From positions 1 to 34,076 of the forward strand of contig JBJHDK010000022.1 in assembly GCA_050486505.1 (NCBI GenBank): 34,076 bases of DNA, given 5' to 3'. The translations under genes and the position numbers were made by a program. Source of the stretch: Fibrobacteria bacterium (GTDB lineage Bacteria > Fibrobacterota > Fibrobacteria > UBA11236). Of this stretch, positions 18,802-28,997 are shown piece by piece. The notes under the pieces were generated by a model, which ran no database searches, was not told the DNA's origin, and saw only the letters and a list, made by a program, of their open reading frames with translations. The stretch's first letter is position 1; every line of letters starts with the position of its first letter.

Positions 18802-19494
18802 TCAGTTCTCGATCGAGAGCAATTCGACGTCGAAGATCAGCGTGGCATTCGGGCCGATGTCGCCGCCCGCGCCGTGCTCGCCGTAGGCGAGGTCGGAGGG
18901 GATGAAGAGCTTCCACTTCGAGCCGACGGGCATGAGCTGCAGGGCTTCGGTCCAGCCGGCGATCACGCCGTTGACCGGGAAGGTCGCGGGCTGGCCGCGC
19001 TCGACGGAGCTGTCGAAGACGGTGCCGTCGATGAGCGTGCCCGTGTAGTGCACCTTCACGACGCTGGTTTCACCCGGGATCTCGCCGGTGCCTTCCTCGA
19101 TCACCCTGTACTGCAGGCCGCTGGGCAGAACGGTGACGCCGGCCTCGCGGGCGTTCTGCGCGAGGAATTCTTCGCCCTTGCGCTTGTTCTCGACGCGGCG
19201 GGAATCCTGGCGATCCATCATTTGCTGCTGGAAGGCCGTCATGATGGTTTCGATCTCATCGTCGGTGAGGCGCGAATCGAGACCGGCAAGCGCGTCCTTC
19301 ATGCCGAGGCGAAGCTTGTCGACATCGATGAGCTCGACATCGAGGCCCTGCTGGCGGAAGTTCTGGCCGATGTTCTGGCCGATGATGTAGCTGACCTTGT
19401 CTTTCTGGGTTTCGAGGGCGGCGTTTTCTCCGCCGCAGGCGACCAAGGCGACTCCGGCGATGACGGCACCGACCGTGAACTTCAACGATTTCAT
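18802..19494 (-). CDS. FKBP-type peptidyl-prolyl isomerase (FkpA/Mip-like lipoprotein)
   Basis: Lipobox LVAC, KVSYIIG, SGLQY, VHYTGTLIDGTVFDSS, VIAGWTEAL, LAYG, TLIFDVELL; AAGGAG SD. Confidence 0.95.
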   Translation of the reverse strand: MKSLKFTVGAVIAGVALVACGGENAALETQKDKVSYIIGQNIGQNFRQQGLDVELIDVDKLRLGMKDALAGLDSRLTDDEIETIMTAFQQQMMDRQDSRRVENKRKGEEFLAQNAREAGVTVLPSGLQYRVIEEGTGEIPGETSVVKVHYTGTLIDGTVFDSSVERGQPATFPVNGVIAGWTEALQLMPVGSKWKLFIPSDLAYGEHGAGGDIGPNATLIFDVELLSIEN

Positions 19495-19557
19495 GTTACG
19501 ACTCCTTCGATGGACGGGGGATCCCGGCCGGGGGTTGAAGGGGGGGAAGGTATAAAA

Positions 19558-19606
19558 AGTGGGCAGTGGACAGTGAACGGTGAACAGTAGGAAGTGGGAA
19601 GTGGGA
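19558..19606. repeat. Heptamer array C (AGTGGAC-like, 7 units), single arm
   Basis: agtgggc agtggac agtgaac ggtgaac agtagga agtggga agtggga. Confidence 0.75.
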
Positions 19607-19671
19607 GCCGTAGGCACGAGGTCGCCATAGGCGAACGAGTCAATGGGAAACAGGAATGCCGATACTCGTTT

Positions 19672-19707
19672 TGTCCAGACCGTCCATACTGTCCAGGCAG
19701 TCCATTG
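19672..19707. repeat. Nonamer tandem repeat (NGTCCANNN, 4 units)
   Basis: tgtccagac cgtccatac tgtccaggc agtccattg. Confidence 0.7.
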
Positions 19708-19788
19708 CACCGATTTACCCAATTCTGGATATGCCTGTCTCGGTGCCGCGGTTATCTTTTGCGGGAAATTCCATCAGCGGAGGCTGTT

Positions 19789-20172
19789 TTGCAGCGAGAG
19801 AACATTACCAGCGGGTCGAAGTGGGAACCGGTTTTGGGATACTCCCGGGCCGTGAAGGTCGGGAACATGGTGTTCGTGGCCGGGACGACGGGCGCGGATA
19901 CTGAAGGCAAATTCGCCCCGGATGCGGGTGCCCAGGCGACGCAGGCGTTGAAGAACATTCTTGCCGGCCTGGAGAAGGCCGGAGCGAAGGCCGCCGATGT
20001 GGTGCGCACGCGCATCTTCGTGACCGACATTTCGCAGTGGGAGGCTGTCGGCCGCGCCCACGGCGAGGTCTTCGGCGAGATCCGCCCGGCGATGGCGATG
20101 GTCGAGGTGAGCAAGCTCATCGACCCGGCCATGCTCGTGGAGATCGAGGCGGACGCCGTCATCACCGGATGA
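19789..20172 (+). CDS. RidA/YjgF/UK114-family protein
   Basis: SGSKWEPVLGYSRAV, VAGTTG, DVVRTRIFV, IRPA..MVEV, VEIEADA; TTG start after GGAGG. Confidence 0.9.
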   Translation: MQRENITSGSKWEPVLGYSRAVKVGNMVFVAGTTGADTEGKFAPDAGAQATQALKNILAGLEKAGAKAADVVRTRIFVTDISQWEAVGRAHGEVFGEIRPAMAMVEVSKLIDPAMLVEIEADAVITG

Positions 20173-20180
20173 CGGATTCA

Positions 20181-20257
20181 TTCTTTGTGATCGTTGCGTT
20201 CTTTCGCGACAATTAAAGCGAAGAGTGGTCACAAAAGAGCACAGAGAGAACAAAGGA
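20181..20257. repeat. Inverted nonamer-array hairpin element
   Basis: ttctttgtg atcgttgcg ttctttcgc ... cacaaaaga gcacagaga gaacaaagg; related to 28998-29073. Confidence 0.65.
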
Positions 20258-20265
20258 AAACACGC

Positions 20266-22146
20266 GTGAACGTTTCTTCCCTTCGTGCCGCCGTCGATGC
20301 CCTGGAACGCAAGGGCTGGCTGCGGCGCGTCACGGAGGAGGTGGATCCCGATCTCGAGATGGCGGAGATTCACCGTCGCGTGTACGACGCGGGCGGTCCC
20401 GCGGTGTTCTTCGAGCGGGTGAAGGGTTCGCCCTTTCCCGCGGTCTCGAACCTCTTCGGCACGCGTGAACGCGCGCTCTTTCTGCTCGGTGATGGCGTGA
20501 AGCGTGCGCGGGCCCTGGCCGACCTCAAGGCCGATCCCGCGTCGGCGCTGCGCAGTCCCCTCAAGGCCCTGAAAGCACTCGCGACCGGGTGGGGGGCCCG
20601 CACCGGGCTGCCCCTGCGCGTCCCCAACCCTGCGGTGATCGCGGGGAACACCCCCCTTTCCTCCCTTCCCCAAATCCGTTGCTGGCCCAACGATGGCGGA
20701 GCCTTCGTGTTGTGGCCACTCGTCTACACCGAGCATCCCGACCGGCCCGGCCTGTTCAAGTCGAACCTGGGCATGTACCGCATCCAGCTTTCGGGGGGTG
20801 AGTATGCACTCGACCGTGAAGCCGGCATGCATTACCAGATCCACCGCGGCATCGGCGTGCACCATCATGCGGCGCTGCAACGTGGGGAGAAACTCAAGGT
20901 CAGCATTTTCGTGGGCGGGCCTCCGGCGCATATTCTCGCGGCGGTGATGCCGCTGCCCGAGGGCTTGCCCGAGGTGCTGTTCGGCGGCGTGCTGGCGGGG
21001 CGGCACTTTCGTTACGCGCGCCGCGACGGGCACCTGCTCTCGGCCGATGCGGATTTTTGCATCACGGGCACGGTGGAGCCGGGGCGCATGAAGCCCGAGG
21101 GGCCGTTCGGCGACCATCTCGGCTACTACAGTCTGGCGCATGATTTTCCCGTGCTGACGGTGGACAAGGTGTGGCACCGCAAGGATGCGATCTGGCCGTT
21201 CACCGTGGTCGGCCGTCCGCCGCAGGAGGATGCGCAGGTTGCGACGCTCATCCACGAGATCGCCGATGGCGCTTTGTCGGCGGAGATCCCCGGGCTGCGT
21301 GCGGTGCATGCGGTGGAGGCGGCGGGCGTGCATCCGTTGCTGCTCGCGATCGCGGAGGATCGTTACGCGCCGTTTTTGCCGGAGTCCGAACGCAAGCCGC
21401 GCGAGCTGCACACCACCGCGCACGCCGTCCTCGGCTATGGGCAGATGTCGCTGGCGAAGTATCTCCTGCTCGCGGCGCACGAGGATGATCCGAAGCTCGA
21501 CATCCGCGACGTGAACGGGTTCCTGACGCATGTGCTGCGCCGCGCCGATTGGCGGAAGGATTTGCATTTCACCACGCGCACGACGATGGACACGCTCGAT
21601 TACAGCAGCGGGGCGCTCAACGAGGGTTCGAAGGTGTACGTGGCCGTGTCCGGTGCGCCGCGGCGCGAGTTGTCCTCCGAAATCCCGCGCGCGCTGCTGG
21701 ACGCGTGGCCCGAGGGTTGGTCGAAGCCGCGTTTGGTGATGCCGGGGGTGCTCGCGTTCGGCGGCCCTCCCGCCGTGGGGGACCAGGCCTTGTCCGCGAC
21801 GGTGGAGGGGGACATGGAGCGCGTGACCGCGCTCCTGCGCGACGCCGGGCTGTGCGGTTCTCCCGGACTCGATGGCCTTCCGTTGTGGATCCTCTGCGAC
21901 GACCCGGGTTTCGCCGCGGCGTCGCTCGACAACTTCCTTTGGGTGACGTTCACGCGCTCCGATCCCGCGCGCGATGTGCACGGGGTCGATGCGTTTGCGG
22001 CGGACAAGCACTGGGGCTGCCGCGGTCCGCTCGTCATCGATGCGCGGGTGAAGCCGTGGCATGCACCGGTGCTCGAGGCCGATCCCGACGTGGCGAAGAG
22101 GGTGGAGGCCTTGGCGGCGACGGGGAGCTTGAAAGGGTTGTTTTAG
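20266..22146 (+). CDS. UbiD-family prFMN-dependent decarboxylase (long form)
   Basis: EVDPDLE, AVSNLFGT, NLGMYRIQ, PEGPFGDHLGYYS, TVVGRPPQED, MDTLDYS, LWVTFTRSDP. Confidence 0.9.
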   Translation: MNVSSLRAAVDALERKGWLRRVTEEVDPDLEMAEIHRRVYDAGGPAVFFERVKGSPFPAVSNLFGTRERALFLLGDGVKRARALADLKADPASALRSPLKALKALATGWGARTGLPLRVPNPAVIAGNTPLSSLPQIRCWPNDGGAFVLWPLVYTEHPDRPGLFKSNLGMYRIQLSGGEYALDREAGMHYQIHRGIGVHHHAALQRGEKLKVSIFVGGPPAHILAAVMPLPEGLPEVLFGGVLAGRHFRYARRDGHLLSADADFCITGTVEPGRMKPEGPFGDHLGYYSLAHDFPVLTVDKVWHRKDAIWPFTVVGRPPQEDAQVATLIHEIADGALSAEIPGLRAVHAVEAAGVHPLLLAIAEDRYAPFLPESERKPRELHTTAHAVLGYGQMSLAKYLLLAAHEDDPKLDIRDVNGFLTHVLRRADWRKDLHFTTRTTMDTLDYSSGALNEGSKVYVAVSGAPRRELSSEIPRALLDAWPEGWSKPRLVMPGVLAFGGPPAVGDQALSATVEGDMERVTALLRDAGLCGSPGLDGLPLWILCDDPGFAAASLDNFLWVTFTRSDPARDVHGVDAFAADKHWGCRGPLVIDARVKPWHAPVLEADPDVAKRVEALAATGSLKGLF

Positions 22147-22288
22147 ACGCCGTGGGTTTCGAGCCGAGACGGGGGTGAGGGAATACACCTTGGCGATCCG
22201 GATGGTGGTTTTGAGGTCGTCCGCTACGCGGACGGCCATTTCGGCGCCGTTCCCCATAACACGTGACCCACACTGATCGCTATGACGA

Positions 22289-22699
22289 TCAATCAGGCTC
22301 ATCGGTCAGTAATCTCAAAAACACCCTCGGAGTCACAATCGGAATCCCCTCGACGTCCTTGATCGCCAGCAAGTCCTCGTCACCGGAAACGATATAATCG
22401 GCACGCGCGGTCAGGGCGCACGAAAGAAACTTGTCATCATGTGGGTCGCGACATAGCGAGACTTGCCTGCGAGGGGAAACTATGCGAAGCCTGGCGTGTA
22501 TGAATTCCAGCCAGTCTTCGAGTACCGGAACGGGGCGCTGTCGGTTTTTGTGGCGTAATACCCGTTGATATTCGTCCAGGATCAAGGATGACGCGAAGGC
22601 TTCGAAACGACTCAACGCCCATTGTTCCAGGACAAGCAATGGCGTGCCGCCCCAGAAGATTCCCGATACGACCACGTTCGTGTCAAGCACGCCCCTCAC
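22289..22699 (-). CDS. PIN-domain toxin (VapC-like)
   Basis: VLDTNVVVSG, CRDPHDDKFLSCA, ADYIVSGDEDLL, IVTP. Confidence 0.9.
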   Translation of the reverse strand: MRGVLDTNVVVSGIFWGGTPLLVLEQWALSRFEAFASSLILDEYQRVLRHKNRQRPVPVLEDWLEFIHARLRIVSPRRQVSLCRDPHDDKFLSCALTARADYIVSGDEDLLAIKDVEGIPIVTPRVFLRLLTDEPD

Positions 22700-22952
22700 G
22701 TCGAGCCTCTTGAATCATCTTCTTGAGATCCGACTTTTTGAGACCCACCTCGCGTGCGTACTGCCTGGAATTTTTCGCCATGCGCGCGAACGCTTTCATG
22801 TCGGGTTCCGGCACCGGCTGCAGCATGACATTCGCACCGTCGGTCAGAACCAGCAATTTTGCGCCTGGCATCAAACCGGCGGACTTGCGAATGGTGTTCG
22901 GGATGACGACCTGACCTTTCGTGGACAGGCTGGTTATCGCAGTCGTTTTCAT
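22683..22952 (-). CDS. AbrB/MazE/SpoVT-family antitoxin
   Basis: LSTKGQVVIPNTIRKSAGLMPG; overlaps the PIN start. Confidence 0.88.
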   Translation of the reverse strand: MKTTAITSLSTKGQVVIPNTIRKSAGLMPGAKLLVLTDGANVMLQPVPEPDMKAFARMAKNSRQYAREVGLKKSDLKKMIQEARREGRA

Positions 22953-22965
22953 GGGATTTCTCAAA

Positions 22966-22980
22966 GTAAGAATGTCTTAC
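22966..22980. promoter_or_regulatory. Palindromic operator candidate of the AbrB/PIN operon
   Basis: GTAAGA-ATG-TCTTAC lying between a TATCTT -10-like hexamer (minus, 22984-22989) and the start codon. Confidence 0.65.
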
Positions 22981-23177
22981 CTTAAGATACATCTCTTCCT
23001 CCTCGTCGGGTGATGAAACCGTGGAGGGAAATATCGGTGAAATTCCGAAATCTAGTCGTGACGGCGGTCACATCTCCGGACATGCGACACAAAAAACTTC
23101 GCAGCTTTCTTTTCGTTGACCGGCCTTCGCCGGGGCTGGCGCGAGGTAACAGACGCCCATTTCGCTTTCGTCCCCAC

Positions 23178-23212
23178 AAAAAGGCCCCCGACGTCGAAAC
23201 GCCGGAGGCCTT
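23178..23212 (-). terminator. Intrinsic terminator of the NmrA remnant
   Basis: Minus strand AAGGCCTCCGGCGT-TTCG-ACGTCGGGGGCCTTTTT. Confidence 0.8.
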
Positions 23213-23250
23213 GCTTGTTCGCTGCTAACTGATCCATGACTGCTGAAACC

Positions 23251-23730
23251 TCACACCCAACTCGCCCGGTAATCCTTCGCATACCTCGCGAAGTTCCCGG
23301 GTTCGCGGCCGAGGATGTCCTTCACCGCGCTCGTCGTCACCGCGGAATACCCCGCCTTCAGGAAGCCGAGGATGAGCAACAGGAAGTCCACATAATCGGC
23401 CGGCAGGCCCGCGCCGAGCAGGACTTTCTTCAACTCCTCGGGATCCGCGTCGGTGAACGACACCGGCTTGCCGATCTCCTTCGCGATGATCGCCGCCACC
23501 TCCCCGTGTGTCAGGGATTCCGGGCCCGTCAGTGTGAACGCCTTGCTGCTGTGCGTGTCGTCGGTCAGCAGCCTGACGGCCACCGCCGAGATGTCGCGCG
23601 CGTCGATGAACCCGGTTCTGGCGTCGCCCACCGGCAGGCGGATGGTCCCATGTTCCTTGATCCCATGCGCCCAGAAGGTGTTGAAGTTCTGCATGAACCA
23701 GTTCGGGCGGATGATGTTGAACGGCACGCC
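23251..23730 (-). pseudogene. 5'-truncated NmrA-like/atypical SDR (C-terminal half only)
   Basis: GVPFNIIRPNWFMQN...GFIDARDI...FTLTGPESLT...ILGREP; the Rossmann GxxGxxG half is absent. Confidence 0.8.
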
Positions 23731-23904
23731 CTGGCGCGCATCCGCATCCAGCGGGCCATGGACCTGTTGCGCGCGACCGAGGATTCCATGGAACGGATCG
23801 CGGAGCGTGTGGGCTACGGGGATCCCTTCGTCTTTTCCAAGGCGTTCAAGCGCATCCAGGGGATTTCCCCCCGGGAGTACCGTGGGATGGCGCGGGCCGC
23901 CTGA
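23731..23904 (+). pseudogene. 5'-truncated AraC-family regulator (second HTH only)
   Basis: LARIRIQRAMDLLR...IAERVGYGDPFVFSKAFKRIQGISPREYR AraC signature, with no upstream AraC sequence. Confidence 0.8.
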
Positions 23905-23968
23905 GGTCCTTCCGTGCGGCGACGCTCGCCGGAGTCGATCTGGTCACGACCTGATCACGTCCTGACCG

Positions 23969-24280
23969 CTACTCACACAACAAGCGCATCGCGGACTCAA
24001 GTTCTTGCCGCCAGCCGAGCAGACGGAAATATCCGTTCGCCCCGTCTTGCCTGAAGAAACGCCCGATGCCGTGGGCGAGGAAGTCCCCGCGAATGAAGTC
24101 GCCTTCCTCGAAGTTCTCTCCCGAAAGGTGCACCAGCGCCACGAAGCCGTCCTCCGCGATCACGATCAGCCCGCCGGGGCGGCAGACGTGCTCGTAGGCG
24201 ACGATTCCGCGGCTCGACGCGTCCGCCAGCAGGGGGAGGACGAGGCACAAACCCAGGACGACCTCGCGGATGCGGAGCAT
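23969..24280 (-). CDS. Small exported hypothetical protein
   Basis: Signal-like VVLGLCLVLPLLADA; TATGTTTG motif just upstream of the ATG. Confidence 0.55.
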   Translation of the reverse strand: MLRIREVVLGLCLVLPLLADASSRGIVAYEHVCRPGGLIVIAEDGFVALVHLSGENFEEGDFIRGDFLAHGIGRFFRQDGANGYFRLLGWRQELESAMRLLCE

Positions 24281-24389
24281 GCCCCAAACATAAATCACCG
24301 CATCCTTCGGGAATCCGCGCTTTTCCGCATTTCCGCGCATCGAGTGCCGCATGCCCCGACTCTTCGCGATTCCTACTTTTACCCCCGCA

Positions 24390-26234
<1,845 letters not shown>

Positions 26235-26240
26235 TTACAT

Positions 26241-26268
26241 GTAAGGGCGAATAATTATTCGCCCCAAC
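26241..26268 (+). repeat. GTAG-type REP-like palindrome, intergenic degenerate copy
   Basis: GTAAGGGCGAATAATTATTCGCCCCAAC between ispG and the trmJ-like gene. Confidence 0.8.
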
Positions 26269-26287
26269 ACCACCGCCAGGTAACGCC

Positions 26288-27196
26288 GTGCCACCTTTTA
26301 TAGTCGTCCTCTCCAATCCCGAAACCCCCGAGAACATCGGGTTCGTCGCGCGTTCCATGCAGGCCTATGGCGTGACGGAACTGCGTCTCGTCGGCATCCC
26401 GAAAATTCCTGACGACCCCAAGGCCAGCAAGGCCTGGTGGACGACCTGCGGGGGGGAGGACGTGCTGCGCCGGGCGAAGTACTACCCAGACGTGGCCGCC
26501 GCCGTGGCCGATTGCGCGCAGGCGCTGGGGTTCACGCGCCGGGTGCGCGATCGCTCGCAAAGGCTGTACGACTTCGAGGCCGTGTTGAACCGCAATGCGG
26601 GAACGCTCGACAGGGCGCACCCGCACTACGATCAGCTCCCGCTTTTTCCTTCACATTCCCCCGAACCTTCCGCGACCACGGAGGACGCCCCCACGACGCC
26701 CCTCCCCAAAACCGCACTCGTCTTCGGCTGCGAGTCGAAGGGACTCTCGCATGAAGAAACGCTGGCGATGACGCACTTGGTGTGCATCGCGCTGGCGGCC
26801 GAAGGCATGAGCCTCAATCTCTCGCACGCGGTGACGGTGGTGCTGCACGAGCTCACCTCCGGGAGCATCAAGGGTGTGCCGTGGAGCCACCCGCAAGCCG
26901 GGCCGGCCGCGACGCTCGAAGAGTCCGACGCCGCGCTGGGGGAATTCATCGATGCGCTGGATCGCACCGGGTACCTGGCCAAAGGGGGGAAGGAATCGGC
27001 ACGGAGCGAGAAAATGCGCGTGCTGTGGAACCGCCTGCGGCCCACGAAGCGCGAGATCGACTTCATCCGTGGCGCATTGAAGGCGCTGGCGGGCATTCCC
27101 TCCAAACGCGTGGCGCGGAAATCCGGAGAGATGCCCCGACAAGGCGATACAAAGAGTGACGCGCTAAACAATGCGAAGACAGGGGTGACGGTGTGA
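26288..27196 (+). CDS. SPOUT RNA methyltransferase, TrmJ/LasT family
   Basis: VVLSNPETPENIGFVARSM, ALVFGCESKGLS, SLNLSHAV..VLHE, REIDFIRG. Confidence 0.88.
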   Translation: MPPFIVVLSNPETPENIGFVARSMQAYGVTELRLVGIPKIPDDPKASKAWWTTCGGEDVLRRAKYYPDVAAAVADCAQALGFTRRVRDRSQRLYDFEAVLNRNAGTLDRAHPHYDQLPLFPSHSPEPSATTEDAPTTPLPKTALVFGCESKGLSHEETLAMTHLVCIALAAEGMSLNLSHAVTVVLHELTSGSIKGVPWSHPQAGPAATLEESDAALGEFIDALDRTGYLAKGGKESARSEKMRVLWNRLRPTKREIDFIRGALKALAGIPSKRVARKSGEMPRQGDTKSDALNNAKTGVTV

Positions 27197-27747
27197 CCGT
27201 GACCGTGGAACAAACCGGGCTCGACGGCCTGTTGCTGGTGCATCCCAAGGTGATTCGGGATGTGCGGGGCTTCTTCGTGGAGAGCCACAACGCGGAGACG
27301 TTCGCGGCGGCAGGAATCGAAACGGTGTTCGTGCAGGACAACCACAGTCTCTCCGCGAGGGGGACGCTGCGCGGGCTGCACTTCCAGACGGATCCCGGGC
27401 AGGCGAAGCTCATCCGCTGCACGCGCGGTCGCATCTGGGACGTGGCCGTGGACATTCGCTCCGGCAGCGCGACCTTCGGAAAGCATCACGCGGTGGAACT
27501 CACGCCGGACGATTGCGCCATGCTGTACATTCCCGTCGGATTCGCGCACGGGTTCCTTGTCCTCTCGGACGAGGCGGAGGTGCAATACAAATGCTCCGCC
27601 GTGTACAATGCGAAGACGGAGGCGGGGATCCGCTGGGATGACCCGGAGTTGGGGGTTCCTTGGCCGCTGGATCGCGTCGGCGGTTCGCCGCTGCTGTCGG
27701 AGCGGGACCGGGGGAATCCGCCGTTCAGCGCGTGGCGCGCGGTGTAG
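27193..27747 (+). CDS. rmlC: dTDP-4-dehydrorhamnose 3,5-epimerase
   Basis: DVRGFFVES, FVQDNHSLS, TLRGLHFQ, DVAVDIR, GFAHGF, WDDP, LSERD. Confidence 0.95.
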   Translation: MTVTVEQTGLDGLLLVHPKVIRDVRGFFVESHNAETFAAAGIETVFVQDNHSLSARGTLRGLHFQTDPGQAKLIRCTRGRIWDVAVDIRSGSATFGKHHAVELTPDDCAMLYIPVGFAHGFLVLSDEAEVQYKCSAVYNAKTEAGIRWDDPELGVPWPLDRVGGSPLLSERDRGNPPFSAWRAV

Positions 27748-28036
27748 CCGGTTTCTCCGCCACGGCCATGGATTCGCTCTCCTGCTTGAGGCGCTCCGCG
27801 ATCCACACCTTGATGACCGATTGCCGCGTCACGCCCATGCGTGCGGCCTGATCATCCAGGGAGTCGATGACCCATTGCGGAAAGTCGACATTGACCCGCT
27901 TCTGTTCCCGTCCCGGACGGCGCGCGTTTTCCAGGTCCATCATGGACAGGATTTCGCCGCCTTCGTCGAAGTGGCGGTCAAACTCGGCCGCAGTCATCAT
28001 CTTCGGCGCCTTTCCGGTAGAATTCTTTTTCGTCAT
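27725..28036 (-). CDS. BrnA/CopG-like ribbon-helix-helix antitoxin (alternative start 28000)
   Basis: AAEFDRHFDEGGEI...KRVNVDFPQWVIDSLD..AARMGVTRQSVIKVWI. Confidence 0.85.
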   Translation of the reverse strand: MTKKNSTGKAPKMMTAAEFDRHFDEGGEILSMMDLENARRPGREQKRVNVDFPQWVIDSLDDQAARMGVTRQSVIKVWIAERLKQESESMAVAEKPATPRATR

Positions 28037-28268
28037 GTCGAGCCCTCCTGACGGAGATGATCCGTATGATGCCGTTCCGGACAGTGTGTATTCCGGTCCA
28101 GATGTTCGTTCCGATTCTTCCGATCGCGGCCTTGCGGGGTTCAACGACGGAACGGGCTTGAAGAATCACCCGATTGTCGTCTGCCCAGAGCTTCTGCGCT
28201 TCAATGAAGTCAATGCCGTGCTTGGCTTGATTGAGGGCTGACTTGGCCGGATCGAAATCGAACTCCAA
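27978..28268 (-). CDS. BrnT-family ribonuclease toxin
   Basis: FDFDPAKSALNQAKHGIDF...IRIISVRRAR..E; start assigned to TTG 28268. Confidence 0.88.
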   Translation of the reverse strand: MEFDFDPAKSALNQAKHGIDFIEAQKLWADDNRVILQARSVVEPRKAAIGRIGTNIWTGIHTVRNGIIRIISVRRARHDEKEFYRKGAEDDDCGRV

Positions 28269-28271
28269 TTC

Positions 28272-28303
28272 GGTATAATAATTATACCTTTCCGGCTCGT
28301 CAA
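28272..28303 (-). promoter_or_regulatory. Sigma70-type promoter with overlapping palindromic operator for brnTA
   Basis: Minus strand TTGACG (28303-28298), 17 nt, TATTAT (28280-28275); perfect inverted repeat GGTATAAT-N-ATTATACC at 28272-28288. Confidence 0.8.
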
Positions 28304-28395
28304 ATAGCGGTTTCGGTGGGATTGGTGGCATACCGGGTAATATGCCGCATTCCCTGAAAACGTGGCGTGACAGCGGTCACGGCATGCGCCCGTGC

Positions 28396-28947
28396 CTACC
28401 TCACCGCGTAGCGCAAACTCACGAATCCTTCGCCATACTGTCTGGCGCTCAAGAGCCGCAGCGGTGGAGTCACGATGCGGCGGGGCAGCAACGGCATCCC
28501 GGCCCCCAGCGTCACCGAGGCGATCGTGATGTGCAACTCGTCGAGCAACCCCGCATCGTGAAACTGCCCCGCGAGCTCGCCGCCGCCCACGATCCACAGA
28601 TCCTTCCCGCCCGCCGCCTTAGCCATCTCCGCATGCACCGGACGCACGTCGCCCTTCGCGAAGCGGATGTCGGCACCCGGAACCTCGCGCAGCTTGCGCG
28701 ACGAGAAGACCCACGTCGGTTGGGTGTAGAACCAGGGCTTGGGCGCTTCGCCTTCCTTGAAGACTTCGTGGCGCAACAGCCACTCGTAGGTCGACGAACC
28801 CATCGCAAGCGCGCCGATGTTCTTGACGAATTCTTCGTAATGATCCTCTCCGGTGGGCGGCTCGAACTGGAACAACCAGTCGAGCGAATGATGTTCGTCG
28901 GCGAGGAATCCATCGAGGGTCGTGGCGGTGTAGTAGATGGTTTTCAT
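28396..28947 (-). CDS. RibD C-terminal/dihydrofolate reductase-family protein
   Basis: YTATTLDGFLAD...LDWL, MGSSTY, WIVGGGELA, GLLDEL, LGAGMPL. Confidence 0.88.
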   Translation of the reverse strand: MKTIYYTATTLDGFLADEHHSLDWLFQFEPPTGEDHYEEFVKNIGALAMGSSTYEWLLRHEVFKEGEAPKPWFYTQPTWVFSSRKLREVPGADIRFAKGDVRPVHAEMAKAAGGKDLWIVGGGELAGQFHDAGLLDELHITIASVTLGAGMPLLPRRIVTPPLRLLSARQYGEGFVSLRYAVR

Positions 28948-28997
28948 GCCCGGGAACCTAATTCGGGGAGTCAAATCCGGACAAGTGCACAACCTCG

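Noticed and set aside
23003..23055. GTGATGA...CGGTGAAA resembling a hammerhead ribozyme core
   Set aside because: The core requires CTGANGA but begins with G here, and stems I and III cannot be formed convincingly.
23236..23904. 222-aa ORF as an intact AraC regulator
   Set aside because: The first 165 or so codons are the antisense of the NmrA remnant; only the last 57 are AraC-like.
28396..28947. Canonical DHFR (folA)
   Set aside because: Motifs fit the RibD_C-like family (SLDG-type start, LDWL, LLDEL) rather than FolA (IG...PW...D), so no gene symbol was assigned.
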